Positions 12,400 through 23,717 of a stretch of DNA of 64,000 nt are shown here, piece after piece (the first letter of the stretch is position 1; each line of letters starts with the position of its first letter). Both the position numbers and the translations under genes were made by a program. The stretch lies in the NCBI RefSeq assembly GCF_004010195.1, contig NC_057719.1:10314206-10378205 (forward strand). The letters are read 5' to 3'. Origin of the DNA: Chiloscyllium plagiosum (taxonomy: Eukaryota). Below the pieces are notes generated by a model. It was not told where the DNA came from, ran no database searches, and saw only the letters and a program-made list of their open reading frames with translations.

Positions 12400-12630
12400 G
12401 TTGCAATGAAAAATGGTTGGAGTGACAGCAGGAGTGATTTCTCCCAGATTGAGTTCAGTGTTGGTGAGACAATGGTCTAAACCACTTGTCCACCGTGTCA
12501 GCCACGCGTACTGCCTGTGGTCACATCTTCCCCAGCCTGTCCTCAAGAGGTTGAGGGCAGTATGGATTTTACCAGGTAGATCGAAACATTGGCACTTGGC
12601 TGGGGATGGAGACTGCCACTGCCCCATGGC
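12400..12630 (-). mobile_element. Degraded non-LTR retrotransposon ORF C-terminus (Vingi/RTE-X-like)
   Basis: Peptide FDLPGKIHTALNLLRTGWGRC resembles the GFDLPR..W..LNRLRTG.GRC motif recalled for this LINE group. Confidence 0.45.
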
Positions 12631-14329
12631 CCTCCGGTTAAACTAAGCTCGAGATCTGCAAGCCAATCAGGAAGGTGGCTGAATCTCAGCCATGACAGTC
12701 CCTGGTCCTGGTAACAGAAAAGCATCTGAAAGTAGGTCCTCTGCACGATGCTCAGCGTGAGATACATGGAATCTATCAGACATATCACACAGCAGCTTTT
12801 ACAGTCAGGGAGCTAAGCTCCAGACTATGCATCTCTGGTAGAGTCAAAATACATCCACGAAATCTGATCCTATAATGAGATGATATTGATATTTATTGTA
12901 ATGTAACCCGTGCAATCTAACAATGGCAACATGAATAAAGCAATACCTAGTGTAAATTGCATTTTGTTTAAAAAAGCAAACTCTTTGTTTGGGATAGCAA
13001 TTAACCTGTTGTGGAGCTACCAATTATAGAAGGCGGATAACAATGGGATATTCTGCAAATAAATACTTCACAGTGAAATACTGTTCTAAAGTTACTAAAG
13101 ACACACACACACACACACACTCTCTCTCTATCTCTCTCAGGAGTAAGAGACTACCACTGCAACAGAAGATCCATACACACTTTTAACTAAGCTGCCATTG
13201 ATTTAGTACTGTTGTAGACTGGTATAAAAACAAGAAGGTGAAGTCAAAGGCTTTTCCCTCTCACTTCACCGCGTCTATTCCCTACGCTGCATGTCAGTAT
13301 ATAATGAAATTCTGCAGAGTACATAATTCAAGTAAAGCCACCTTCTCCATCAGTTTAATCAAATATAATTGTATTCGTGTACACGCTGAATCTTTACAAA
13401 GTTTCATTGCAATTGTTGATGCTGTACAGGAATTGCAGTGCACTACATGTTACACAGAGCCTAATCTGAGCAGACAGCACTCTCTTTGCATTTACCAGTG
13501 TAAATGGATGAATCTCTCTCAGCAGTCAGCAGTAAAGAGCATCTTCAAATTTGGAGGAGAAATCCAGCACTGTGAATTATAGTGATGGAAAATCCTAGTG
13601 ACGTCCTGACAGATCCTCCGCTCTCTCCTGCTTTCAGGCTTGATCCAAAACTAGGCACCTCCAGCGGTGCTCAACTCCCTCAGCCCTTCACTAGAAATGC
13701 TAGCCCAATCCTCGAGTGTGAAACTATGAACTGAGACTTGAGTGGACAAACTCAAACTGAAGAGACAGGAGTGGTACCAAAGGAAACAGTGAAAAGACAG
13801 AAAAAGAACTCCAGTTCTCAGAGTATAATAGGATGACAGCTGTAAATGTCACATAGACTTCCCTCAGGACGGACTGCAACTTTTCCAAACTTGAGAGAAT
13901 GACAGTTTTGCGTGCACCTCTTAATTTTAAATACTGCCTCCGTGACTGTCTTTTCCAAGCCAGCAACTAGGTAGATTTATGTATTTTTAATATTTCCAAT
14001 GCCTACTGCAGTAAAGGAGTATGGTCAGCTGCATAGATGATGTGACTGAACAGGAGCCCAAGAGCGTACTCAGCATTCCATTTTTAGCAGTTTATCTTCT
14101 GCTATATCCAGGTGTATGGGTCCCTGTGTTAATGCTGCACAGGATTGCGCCCTGTAGCTTTTTCAACGTCAGGGAGCAATGCCATCATTTCCTTTATATC
14201 ACAGACCACATGTTCCACATTCAATAACTGGTCTGCGCTAATTTACCAAATGTAGTATTAATAATCTGTTCCACAAAGCCAGCTGGTGAAGGATAGCACT
14301 GGAGGTGAATTGTTTTACACACGTTTACA

Positions 14330-14525
14330 AAAGCAAAATGCTGCAAATGCTGGAAATCTTAAAGAGAGACTGGTGATGCTGAAAATTCTCATCAAGTCTG
14401 GCAGCATCTGTGGAGAGAAATCAGTGTTAATGTTTTGAGTACGATGCTGATGCTGCCAGACCTGCTGAGTATATCCAGCAATTTTGGTTTTTGTTTCAGA
14501 TCCTCAGCATTCGCTGTTCTTTATT
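14330..14525. mobile_element. Older inverted PLE pLTR-derived element
   Basis: gtctggcagcatc ... gatgctgccagac inverted arms with tgctggaaatct / agatcctcagca ends. Confidence 0.6.
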
Positions 14526-14639
14526 TCAGTATTCTGTTTTCAACTTTGCACAACTTCCCTATTCACTAGAGTTACTCATATCACACACACACACACAACA
14601 GGAGACACAATGCTTCGAGTCATGGTGTAATAACAATCT

Positions 14640-15404
14640 TTCTCTCTCTCAATATTGGAAAAACTAAAAAATTGATCATTGACTTCAGGAAGAAAGGAGG
14701 ATAACATGCCCCCATCTACATCAATGGAGCTGAGGTGGAGGGGGTGAACAACATCAAGTTCCTAGGAGTGATGATAACATACGTGTCCTGGACGTACCAC
14801 ATAGATGCATCGGTCAAGAAGGCACAACAGCACCTCTTCCTCCTCAAGAGGTTGAAGAAATTCGGCACGTCCATGAGGACCTCACCAACTTCTACAGATG
14901 CACCACAGAAAGCAATTTATACAGATGCAGAAAGGCCTGTTCCAGCAACTGCTCTGCCCGGGACTGTAAGAAACTATAGACAGTTGTGAGCACAGCCCAG
15001 ACCATCATGGAAGCCAACCTTCTATCCATCCCATGGACTCCATTTACAGAGCTCATTGTCACAGAAAGGCTGCCAACATCATCAAAGACCTATCGCATCC
15101 TGGTAATACTCTCTTCCAATCTTTTCCATCAGGCAAAAGATACAGATGCTTGAACAGGTGCAAGAACAGCCGTTATTAGACTGCTGAATGGACCCTCTAA
15201 CTTCAAATAATGCTGACCTTGGTGACGTTTATCTTGCTTTGTGTACCTGCTGTGCAGCTGTAACCCTGTATTCCTCACTCTGTCTAAGCATCCTGATGAT
15301 CTACATGACCTTGTTTGCAGTGATCTGCCTGTACTGCTCACAAAATAAAACTTTTCACTGTATTTAAGGTACATGTAGCTACTATAAATCAAATCAAATC
15401 AAAT
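14640..15404 (+). mobile_element. Rex1/Babar-like LINE 3' fragment
   Basis: Translates KTKKLIIDFRKKGG*HAPIYINGAEVEGVNNIKFLGV...SWTYHIDASVKKAQQHLFLLKRLKKFG; ends in an (AATCA)n tail near 15387-15403. Confidence 0.8.
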
Positions 15405-15599
15405 TTATAGTGGCTGAAGTGAATCCCAAATTAATTCTTACCAATATTATGAGATGAACCAGAATTAATGTGATTAACAGTTAGGATGGTCACAGCCAGT
15501 GTGTAAATGTCTGTGGCCTATCGGATCAGGTGGATCAGGTTCTTGATTGCTGTCGAACAATTTGTCCTGGTACCTGCATACGTGGGGTTTGGGTGAGAC

Positions 15600-15840
15600 C
15601 AGGACTGCTCAGGACTGGAATTATGAGTCCAATGATGATCGTGAATCCATTGTCGATTGTTGGAAAAATCCATCAAGTTCACTCATGTCCTAAAGGGAAG
15701 GAAACTGCCTGGTCTTGTCTCCGTGTGATTCCAGACCCACAGCAACGTGGTCGACTCTTAACTGCCCTCTGGGCGATTAGGGATGGGCAATAAATGCTGG
15801 CCTGGTCAGCGATATCTACGTTCCTGAATGAATGAAAAAA
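15600..15840 (+). mobile_element. SacSINE1-like SINE 3' part
   Basis: ccattgtcgattgttggaaaaatccatc...ccagacccacagcaacgtggtcgactcttaactgccctctgggcgattagggatgggcaataaatgctggcc. Confidence 0.7.
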
Positions 15841-16472
15841 GCAAAAACAAACTCAGCTGTTGTCAACTTTTGGGAGAAGAGTTGGGTACGATCTCTGGGT
15901 TTAATATTTTGTAATCAATCCTGTTCAGCAATGTTGTTACACACTTCTGGAGAAGGTGGAATATGTGGGAGGGACACTACCACTGCACCACAGAGGCTCC
16001 TTCTATCAGAAATGGCTCTTTTTGAAGAACAGGTATTTTGCTTTTCCCAGTGTGCTGGCCAATATTGATCATTCACCATCACTGAACGATTGTCAGATTA
16101 TTACCACTTTTGTCCGACTCAGTGCACGTGGCTGCCCTGTTTCTCATACTGCAACAGTGAATACACTTTGGAAAGTATTTCATTGGTTGAATAACACTTA
16201 CTGCAAATTATTCCCAGATGACCACACCTGGTATCATGGCATTTTCTATCTTTATCAGCAGGTTGCACTGAGTGAGAGTTATTTCAGATCTTTGCTTCGG
16301 GCCTGTCTAGCAATGAGTGATAGATGATGCATCAGCACAGTGTATCTACAGAAGAGGTGGAGCCAATGTAACATAAACATTAACCCTTTCAGCACCATCA
16401 TGTTGTACAAGACATGGTATTCCTGAGATTATTAAGCTCTACAACTGTAAACCCTTTCTTTTAGAAGAATTG

Positions 16473-16957
16473 CTTTGATTTGATTTATTGCTGTCACATG
16501 TACCTAAGTACAATGAAAAGTTTTGTTTTGTGTGCAGTACAGGCAGATCATAACAGCAAGGGCGTATAGATGATAGGATGAGGCGAACGTGAGGACTGCA
16601 GATGCTGGAGGTCAGAGTCAAGGTTAGAATGGTGCTGGAAAAACACAGCCAGTCAGGCAGCAACCGAGGAGCAGGAAAATCGACGTTTCGGGCAAAAGAT
16701 AGGATGAGGCATACGAGGTTACGGCTGCACAGGTGGTGTACAAAAGTAAGGTCAGCTTTAGATTTGAAATGTGAGAGGCCCCTTCAGCAGTCTATTAACA
16801 ATGGAGAAGAAACTGTTCTTGAGCCAGCTGGTGCATCTGTTTAAGCTTTTGTATCCCTGCCTGATTGGAGAGGTTGGAAGAGATTATAACTGGGGTGGGA
16901 GAAGTCTTTGCTGGTGTTGGCTGCTTTTCCATGACAATGAGAAGTATAGATGGATGC
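16473..16957 (-). mobile_element. Rex1/Babar-like LINE 3' fragment
   Basis: tttgatttgatttattgctgtcacatgtacctaagtacaatgaaaagttttg is the reverse complement of the 15345-15400 tail. Confidence 0.75.
16585..16697 (-). mobile_element. Single-arm PLE pLTR fragment (family A) nested in a LINE
   Basis: 13-bp TSD gataggatgaggc at 16572-16584 and 16698-16710. Confidence 0.8.
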
Positions 16958-16993
16958 GAGGACTCATGGAACTGTAATGTAGTCTGAACTTAC

Positions 16994-17183
16994 ACTTCCA
17001 GCAGAGAGAAGAAAAGGATGGAAAGGTGTTTTGTGTTTTTGAATCGAATGACTTCACTTTAAAACCCTTATCACACAAACATTTAAGAGCCACACCAAAG
17101 TCGGACGGAATGGGTGCATAATGTCCTCTTCTTCCAGACATGATGGATGGCACATGCAGATACGCCTCCTCTTGGTCTGCCTC
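16994..17183 (-). CDS. Candidate internal coding exon (190 nt) of an unidentified host gene
   Basis: Acceptor tctttgcatttttcag| and donor |gtaagtt. Only one frame is open: EADQEEAYLHVPSIMSGRRGHYAPIPSDFGVALKCLCDKGFKVKSFDSKTQNTFPSFSSLCWK. Not repeat-like; protein not recognised. Confidence 0.4.
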
Positions 17184-17731
17184 CTGAAAAATGCAAAGAT
17201 TTTCTGTACTCACTAATCATTTCTGTTCAATAAAAGCCACAGCTGCCACTTCACATCTGCATTTCTGTCTTTTTTTCCTAAGCTGTTATTGACTTTTTGC
17301 ATCCTCCCATTTTGAAGCCTCTTTCATCATTTAACTTGGGAGAGCACTTGTATAGATCATAAATATGAATAAGCTAAGCAGGTACTTTGTACAAAGTCAA
17401 AGTCAAGTAAGTTCATCAGGCAAGCTGATATTGTAGAGTCATAGAGTGCTACAGCACAGAAAAGGGTCCTTCAACCCCACTCTGCCCACGCTGGTCAAAA
17501 GCAACCACCCAACCATTCTAATCCCTATGGATCAGACATGAATGTATGTTTAAGGATCATGCATGACCATGACTTTAAGGATAAAAAATCATTACTTTCC
17601 TGTTACAGTCTAGTCATATGATGAAATTAAATTTGCACATTATTTAAGTCTCACTGAAACACTTTCTTAATTTTGTATATATACAGCTTATGGAATCCAG
17701 TAGAAAAAGCTCAAAATCAACAGGAGTTTAA

Positions 17732-18019
17732 TCATAGAGCCCCTACACTATGTAAAGAGACCATTCAGCCCATCACCAATTCTCCAAACAGCCTCCCACC
17801 CAGTCACGCATCCCTGGATTCTATGAAGCAATTTAGCATGGTCAAGCCACCTAACCTGCACATCTTTGGACTGTGAGAAGAAGCCAGAGCACCCAGAGGA
17901 AACACATACAGACATGGGGGAGAACATACAAACTCCACACAGTCAACTGAGGCTAGAATTGAACCCAGCTCCCGAGCATTGTGAGACAGCAGCGCTAACC
18001 ACTGAGCCACCATGTCACC
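17732..18019 (-). mobile_element. HE1-type V-SINE
   Basis: gcaatttagcatggtcaagccacctaacctgcacatctttggactgtg...agcagcgctaaccactgagccaccatg. Confidence 0.8.
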
Positions 18020-19129
18020 CATTAACACTCACACTGATATTTTGACCTCAATAGCAAATTCAGCAACAATGATTCAGAATGTCACACTGCTTAATATTTG
18101 CCCTTTAACCACAACCAATTTTTGATTCCCTGTAACATGCTTCTCCTGTTAACTAACACTCCTTAAGGTAAACTGAAAATCCAGTCGATTGTGTGATCTA
18201 TTTAAAGGGTATGCAAAGCAAGCAATTCGATGCAAAAACATGGAAGATGGCCTTTTTTTTTGTAATTCTTATAATTCTAAGCCAGTGTGTGCAAAAGGAG
18301 GGCAGTGGCCCATTAACAACACAGATGCAAGCAAGACAACAATGGATAATTCATTGCAGATTTGTGGAATTATCTTTAATAATGCTTCCACTGTGCATTA
18401 GAGGAAGAGGGCAATAGATCAGCAACGCAAGAGAACCTAAAATAAGTCAAGCGGAAGAACATGTTAAATTTAATGTTAAAAGAAAGGCTAATGGGAAAAA
18501 TGTAATGAAACAATGGAGAATCTCCAAGACGTGATGCTTTCCACTTCAGGGTATTAAAAGAAACAGGTGGGGATGGTGGATACATTAGTCCTTATGTCCC
18601 CAAATCTCTGTTAATTCAGACATTGGGCCTCTATATTGCAATATTGAAATAGAAATTTTAAGCACAGAAATAGGTCAATCTCACAGCTCCTCCTTTTAAC
18701 TTGTGGCCTTACAATTTCTCATCAAATACCTGCCCTATTGAATCCAATTCGATTTATTTGTGCATCAACTTTTATTGCCCTTGTAGGTACAGCATTCCAA
18801 ATCTGAAATACTCTGGATGGGTGTGGGGGCCGGGCGGAATCTCATTATCCTCCAGCTCTAAATAAATGGTGCCTGATTCATTGTGTAATGTCTCTTGGTC
18901 AGTGCACCTTTAAAAGACATGGTCACGATATTGTCACTGCATCAGAGCATGTGACCTGAAGGTGTAAAGATTCCAAACTCCATCTCAACTTGGATCACTT
19001 TCAGCATGACATGCTATCAAAAACATTCTGCTCTGAGTAAATTAATAGCAATATTAACCCAGACATGGATGTGCTTGTGAATGTAAAGCTTGTTTATAAT
19101 AGCATGTCATACTTAATAATCAAGTCAAC

Positions 19130-19330
19130 ATAGTCCTCCCAGACCACAGGACTGTTCTCTCCATAGAGAAAGATGACTGGTGCTGGCTTAATGTTACAAA
19201 TGCCACATGACAGATGAGGGGGAGGTTGAAACAAAAGCCCTTCATGGTGTTGCTAGTTTGGTACAGGATTGGAACCTATGCCAGTGATGTCACTCTGCAT
19301 CGCAAACCAGTCTTCCAGCCAACTTAGTTA
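19130..19330 (-). mobile_element. Unassigned tRNA-like-head SINE (family of 29436-29635)
   Basis: gaggggaggttgaaac...ccttcatggtg...cactctgcatcgcaaaccagtcttccagccaact. Confidence 0.5.
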
Positions 19331-19629
19331 ATTGCCACCTGCTGGATACTGCAATACCATGACATCCATGCCCAATTTGTGTTGCAAGCAATGACATAAG
19401 CATTATTGCATTAGGTAAAATCCTCTGCTTGACATAAACATCACATTAGTTTAATACCCCATTCAGCAGGAGCATAGCCTTTTTTGGACACACTCAATTG
19501 AAATTCCTCAGTATCTTGAAAACTTCCATCTTGTCTGTTTGATGGAACTTCTCAGTTAAACCTTTTTCAATTTCTCTTCCAACATTTTCCATGCATGGGT
19601 ATCATCATGTGAAACATCTTCATTGTCTC

Positions 19630-19905
19630 TCCAGACCTGTCAGATAGTTTCACCATCAATTCTGGTGAGGTTACTGAAATCTCTCACCAGAAACAGTAGC
19701 TGCATATTTGAAGAAGTGTGTGCTGATAGAAGAGAGTCAGTATGAATTTGTGAAGGATGGATTGGATCTAAATATTCTCAGTGATTGCTCAATGTGGTTA
19801 CTGAGTTGTTAGATAGGCAATCATCTCTGTGAGTTTGGAAAAGACATTTAATTAAGGATCTGCACAAAGAGATTATTTGTGAAAATAAAACCACCTGGAA
19901 TTAAA
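19630..19905 (+). mobile_element. Highly degraded CR1 RT-region remnant
   Basis: agacctgtcag...agagtcagtatgaatttgtgaagg...aaaagacatttaattaagg...cacaaagagatta echoes the RPVS/SQHGF/KAFDKV motifs. Confidence 0.45.
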
Positions 19906-20597
19906 CCACATTCTGGACCATATTTTTGATTTGGCAGCAGGAGCTACAGTGTAAACTGAAATCAGGGTGCAACTGGCCATATGGGCTCCTGAGCTAGCTG
20001 CAAAACAGCTTCAGCATCAAACTCAATTAGATAGATACAGGAGTAGCAAGTTGTACACCCATGTATACATTGACTATGAATGGATATTCAAGTAGCCCTT
20101 ACACATGAAAGTTAGGAGCCATCCAGTCACTGTAGAAAAGAGGCAAAGGATGTACTATCGTGGTTATCTAATTCCAATGTGTGTTACTGATTTCTCCCCT
20201 CATAAACCTTGGAGAAAGAAAATATAAAAGAGACATAAAATGCTAAATTTCTCTTATTTCCCATTCTGTTATTCTCATGTTTTCACCCTCAGAAGTGAAC
20301 CATAATAAAAATTTTCATTTCTCCAAAAGAAGACAAATACTAAACAATGCTACATAATTTGTTATCCACCAGTTCCTGTATAATGTACAGAATACATTGT
20401 GACAGCATCCCAAATGTCATTAGGAACGCTGTTTACATATTGCACACCCCTCAGCTTTTTCTCCCCATACACAGTAATGGAAAATTTTAAACAAAGATGA
20501 TGGATTCATTCTTACACAAAAAGTCATTTGAGCTCTTTAACTCTGTCAATTTCATTTTCCTCTCTCCCAAATTTATTAGGAGTTCACCTTTGTTGAC

Positions 20598-21430
20598 CAC
20601 ACACACACAGACACAGGCCCAGTCACACACACACACAGACACATACANNNNNNNNNNNNNNNNNNNNNNNNNNNNNNNNNNNNNNNNNNNNNNNNNNNNN
20701 NNNNNNNNNNNNNNNNNNNNNNNNNNNNNNNNNNNNNNNNNNNNNNNNNNNNNNNNNNNNNNNNNNNNNNNNNNNNNNNNNNNNNNNNNNNNNNNNNNNN
20801 NNNNNNNNNNNNNNNNNNNNNNNNNNNNNNNNNNNNNNNNNNNNNNNNNNNNNNNNNNNNNNNNNNNNNNNNNNNNNNNNNNNNNNNNNNNNNNNNNNNN
20901 NNNNNNNNNNNNNNNNNNNNNNNNNNNNNNNNNNNNNNNNNNNNNNNNNNNNNNNNNNNNNNNNNNNNNNNNNNNNNNNNNNNNNNNNNNNNNNNNNNNN
21001 NNNNNNNNNNNNNNNNNNNNNNNNNNNNNNNNNNNNNNNNNNNNNNNNNNNNNNNNNNNNNNNNNNNNNNNNNNNNNNNNNNNNNNNNNNNNNNNNNNNN
21101 NNNNNNNNNNNNNNNNNNNNNNNNNNNNNNNNNNNNNNNNNNNNNNNNNNNNNNNNNNNNNNNNNNNNNNNNNNNNNNNNNNNNNNNNNNNNNNNNNNNN
21201 NNNNNNNNNNNNNNNNNNNNNNNNNNNNNNNNNNNNNNNNNNNNNNNACACATTTTCAGACCCACACACACAGACCCAAATACACATGTGTGCACACAAA
21301 CATACACACACAGACCCTCCCACACACATCCACATATACACAGATACAGACACACGTGAACACACACACACCCACATATACACAGACACAGACACACGTG
21401 AACACACACAACCACCTACAAACACACATG
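20598..21430. repeat. (CA)-rich simple repeat spanning a 600-N assembly gap (20648-21247)
   Basis: Directly visible. Confidence 0.9.
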
Positions 21431-21959
21431 CGAATTAGATAAATGTCTGCAGCACACATTAATCTGCTTTTCTTAAGTTACTATTTCCATCAGCTCTCTG
21501 CAGTAAAATGACATAAGGGATTCATTCCCCTCAGGAGGGAAGTTAGCAGCTGCAGGTACAGAATAATAACATATCCACAGTTGAGAGCCTCAGACCAATA
21601 CTAATGCCAAACTTGATTTAGCCGACTCCCAATAGTATCACATTTTAATGACCAATTAAAAGCTACTAACTACAAAATCACAAATTTTATAGGTTTTATG
21701 TGCTCATGAATGCAGTATATTTTATAGCACACTATTTCTGCAAAGATTAGTCAGCAGTAAATATGAGAGCAGAGAAATAATATGATGCGAATAGAGAATA
21801 AAAATGTTTCACATAAAGACATGAGGAGTCATGGGGGCACCTTACAGTCATAAGCTATAGTTTGGGAGGGACCATGGAAGGAACCTCTGTCACCATAGCA
21901 TGTTCCAAACCTTATGTAAATCTTGGTTGATCATTGTCCCCTTTCTGATGGATTAGTTC

Positions 21960-22200
21960 ATAAACTATGCAACATGCAAATGGTGTCTCTGCATATGGAC
22001 ACGGGACTGCTTCAGTATCTGTGGAGTCATGTATGGTGCTGGAGACTATGTAATCGTCACTGGACATCCATACTTCCGATGTTGTGATGGAGAGAAAATC
22101 AATGATGCTGATGAAGATAGTTGGCTCTGTGCAGACCACTCTGAGGAATATGTCCTCTCCCAGTAATCTGGATATAAACATGGTGAAGTTTGTCTGACTC
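21960..22200 (-). mobile_element. Degraded CR1/L2-group RT remnant
   Basis: Peptide MSSDDYIVSSTIHDSTDTEAV resembles MFADDCT.FSTI..SSDTEAV around the RT catalytic motif. Confidence 0.5.
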
Positions 22201-22294
22201 TTTGTTTATGTTACATACATTGCTAATGCATTGGGTGGAACCAGACGTTTTCAGGAAAAGAGTGTTGCTTTCTTCTTCTCCAGATCAGACCAAA

Positions 22295-22600
22295 GGCACA
22301 ATACTGTAGATGCTGCAAATAAACTCCAAAAGTGCTGAACAAGCTCAGCAGGTCTGGCAGTATTTGTTGGAGAGAGAAACAGCATTAACCTTTCAAGTTT
22401 GGTATGACTTTTCTTCAGAACAAGTGGAAAGTAATACTCCTGACATGTGCCTTGTAGGTGTTGGGCAGGTTTTGGGGGAGACAGAAAAAGTTACTCACTT
22501 GAAGTGGAGTCATTCCAGACCCGAAATAGTAACTCTGTTTCTCTGTCCTCAGATGCTGCCAGACCAGCTGAATTTCTCCAGCATTCTTCGTATTTGCTCC
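22295..22600. mobile_element. Older inverted PLE pLTR-derived element
   Basis: ctcagcaggtctggcag ... ccgaaatagtaactctgtttctct...gatgctgccagaccagctga. Confidence 0.55.
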
Positions 22601-22759
22601 AGTTCAGACCGTTCTGCTTTAATCACGCTTACATTATCAGTCTCATTCCTGATTGCTTTACCTTCACCCCTTTCTGCGCATGTTATTGTGCTGCACACAA
22701 AGTCAGTTTCTCTAACTGCCACACACTCGCCGCGATCATTTATTTTAAATGTTACAGCT

Positions 22760-23290
22760 GTACAGGAATATTGCTTTCAATTCTGGTCTCCCTGCTATCA
22801 GAAGGAAATTGTGAAAGGTGAAAGGATTTGGAAGATTTACAAGGATGTTGCCAGTGTTGGAGGATTTGAGGTATAAGGAAAAGCTGAGGCTGTTTTCCCT
22901 GGGGCGTCAGAGGCTGAAAGGTGACATTTTAGAGGTTTATAAAATCATGAGGGGCACGGATAGGGTAAATAGACAAGGTCGTTTCCCTGGGTGGTGGAGT
23001 CCAAAACTAGAGGGCAGAGGTTTAAGGTGAGAGAGGAAAGATATAAAAGAGACCTAAGGGGCAACTTTTTCACGCAGAGGGTGTTGCATGTATGGAATGA
23101 GCTGCCAGAGAAAGTGGTGGAGGCTGGTACAACACTTAAAAGGTACCTGGATGGGCATATGAATAGGAAGGGTTTGGAGGGATATGGGCCAGGTGCTGGC
23201 AGGTGGGACTCGATTGGGTTGGGATATCAGGTCGGCATGGACGGGTTGGACCAAAGGGTCTGTTTCCGTGCTGTACATCTCTATGGCTCC
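22760..23290 (+). mobile_element. CR1/HER1-type LINE 3' fragment
   Basis: EYCFQFWSPCYQKEI, RFTRMLPVLEDLRYKEKLRLFSL, TRGQRFKVREERYKRDLRGNFFTQRVLHVWNELPEKVVEAG. Confidence 0.92.
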
Positions 23291-23595
23291 ATAAATCTAG
23301 ACCTTTGAAGATTGTGTTGGTTCATCAACACCTGTGTTTGTTGAAACACAGGTTATGAGGTGAAAGTTTTGGCAGTAGGTGCCAAGACATGCAAACAAAA
23401 TTGAAGTCAATGGGGTGGAAACTCCACTTATTGAAGACATTCCCAGCACAAAGAAATATTTGTAATTCTGAGGGGTCAATCATCTTAGTCACAGGGCATT
23501 CCTCAGGGTAGTCTACATGGAGCCAACTATTTTCATCGGGCATCAGTGACTTTCACTCTTTCATAATATCAGAATAATGGATGTCCACTGATGAT

Positions 23596-23717
23596 GGGCG
23601 GCACGGTGGCTCAGTGGTTACAGGGGAGGGGGTGGGTCTGGGTAGTATGCTCTTTGGAGGGTTGGTGTCAACTTGATAGGCTGAATGGCCCGCTTCCACA
23701 CTCTAGGGATTATATGG
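23596..23717 (+). mobile_element. HE1 SINE with large internal deletion
   Basis: Head gggcggcacggtggctcagtggtta joined directly to tail caggggagg...ggcccgcttccacactctagggatt. Confidence 0.75.

Noticed and set aside
20487..21459. Longest ORF-track entries (279-313 aa)
   Set aside because: They read through 600 Ns and (CA)n repeat; artefacts
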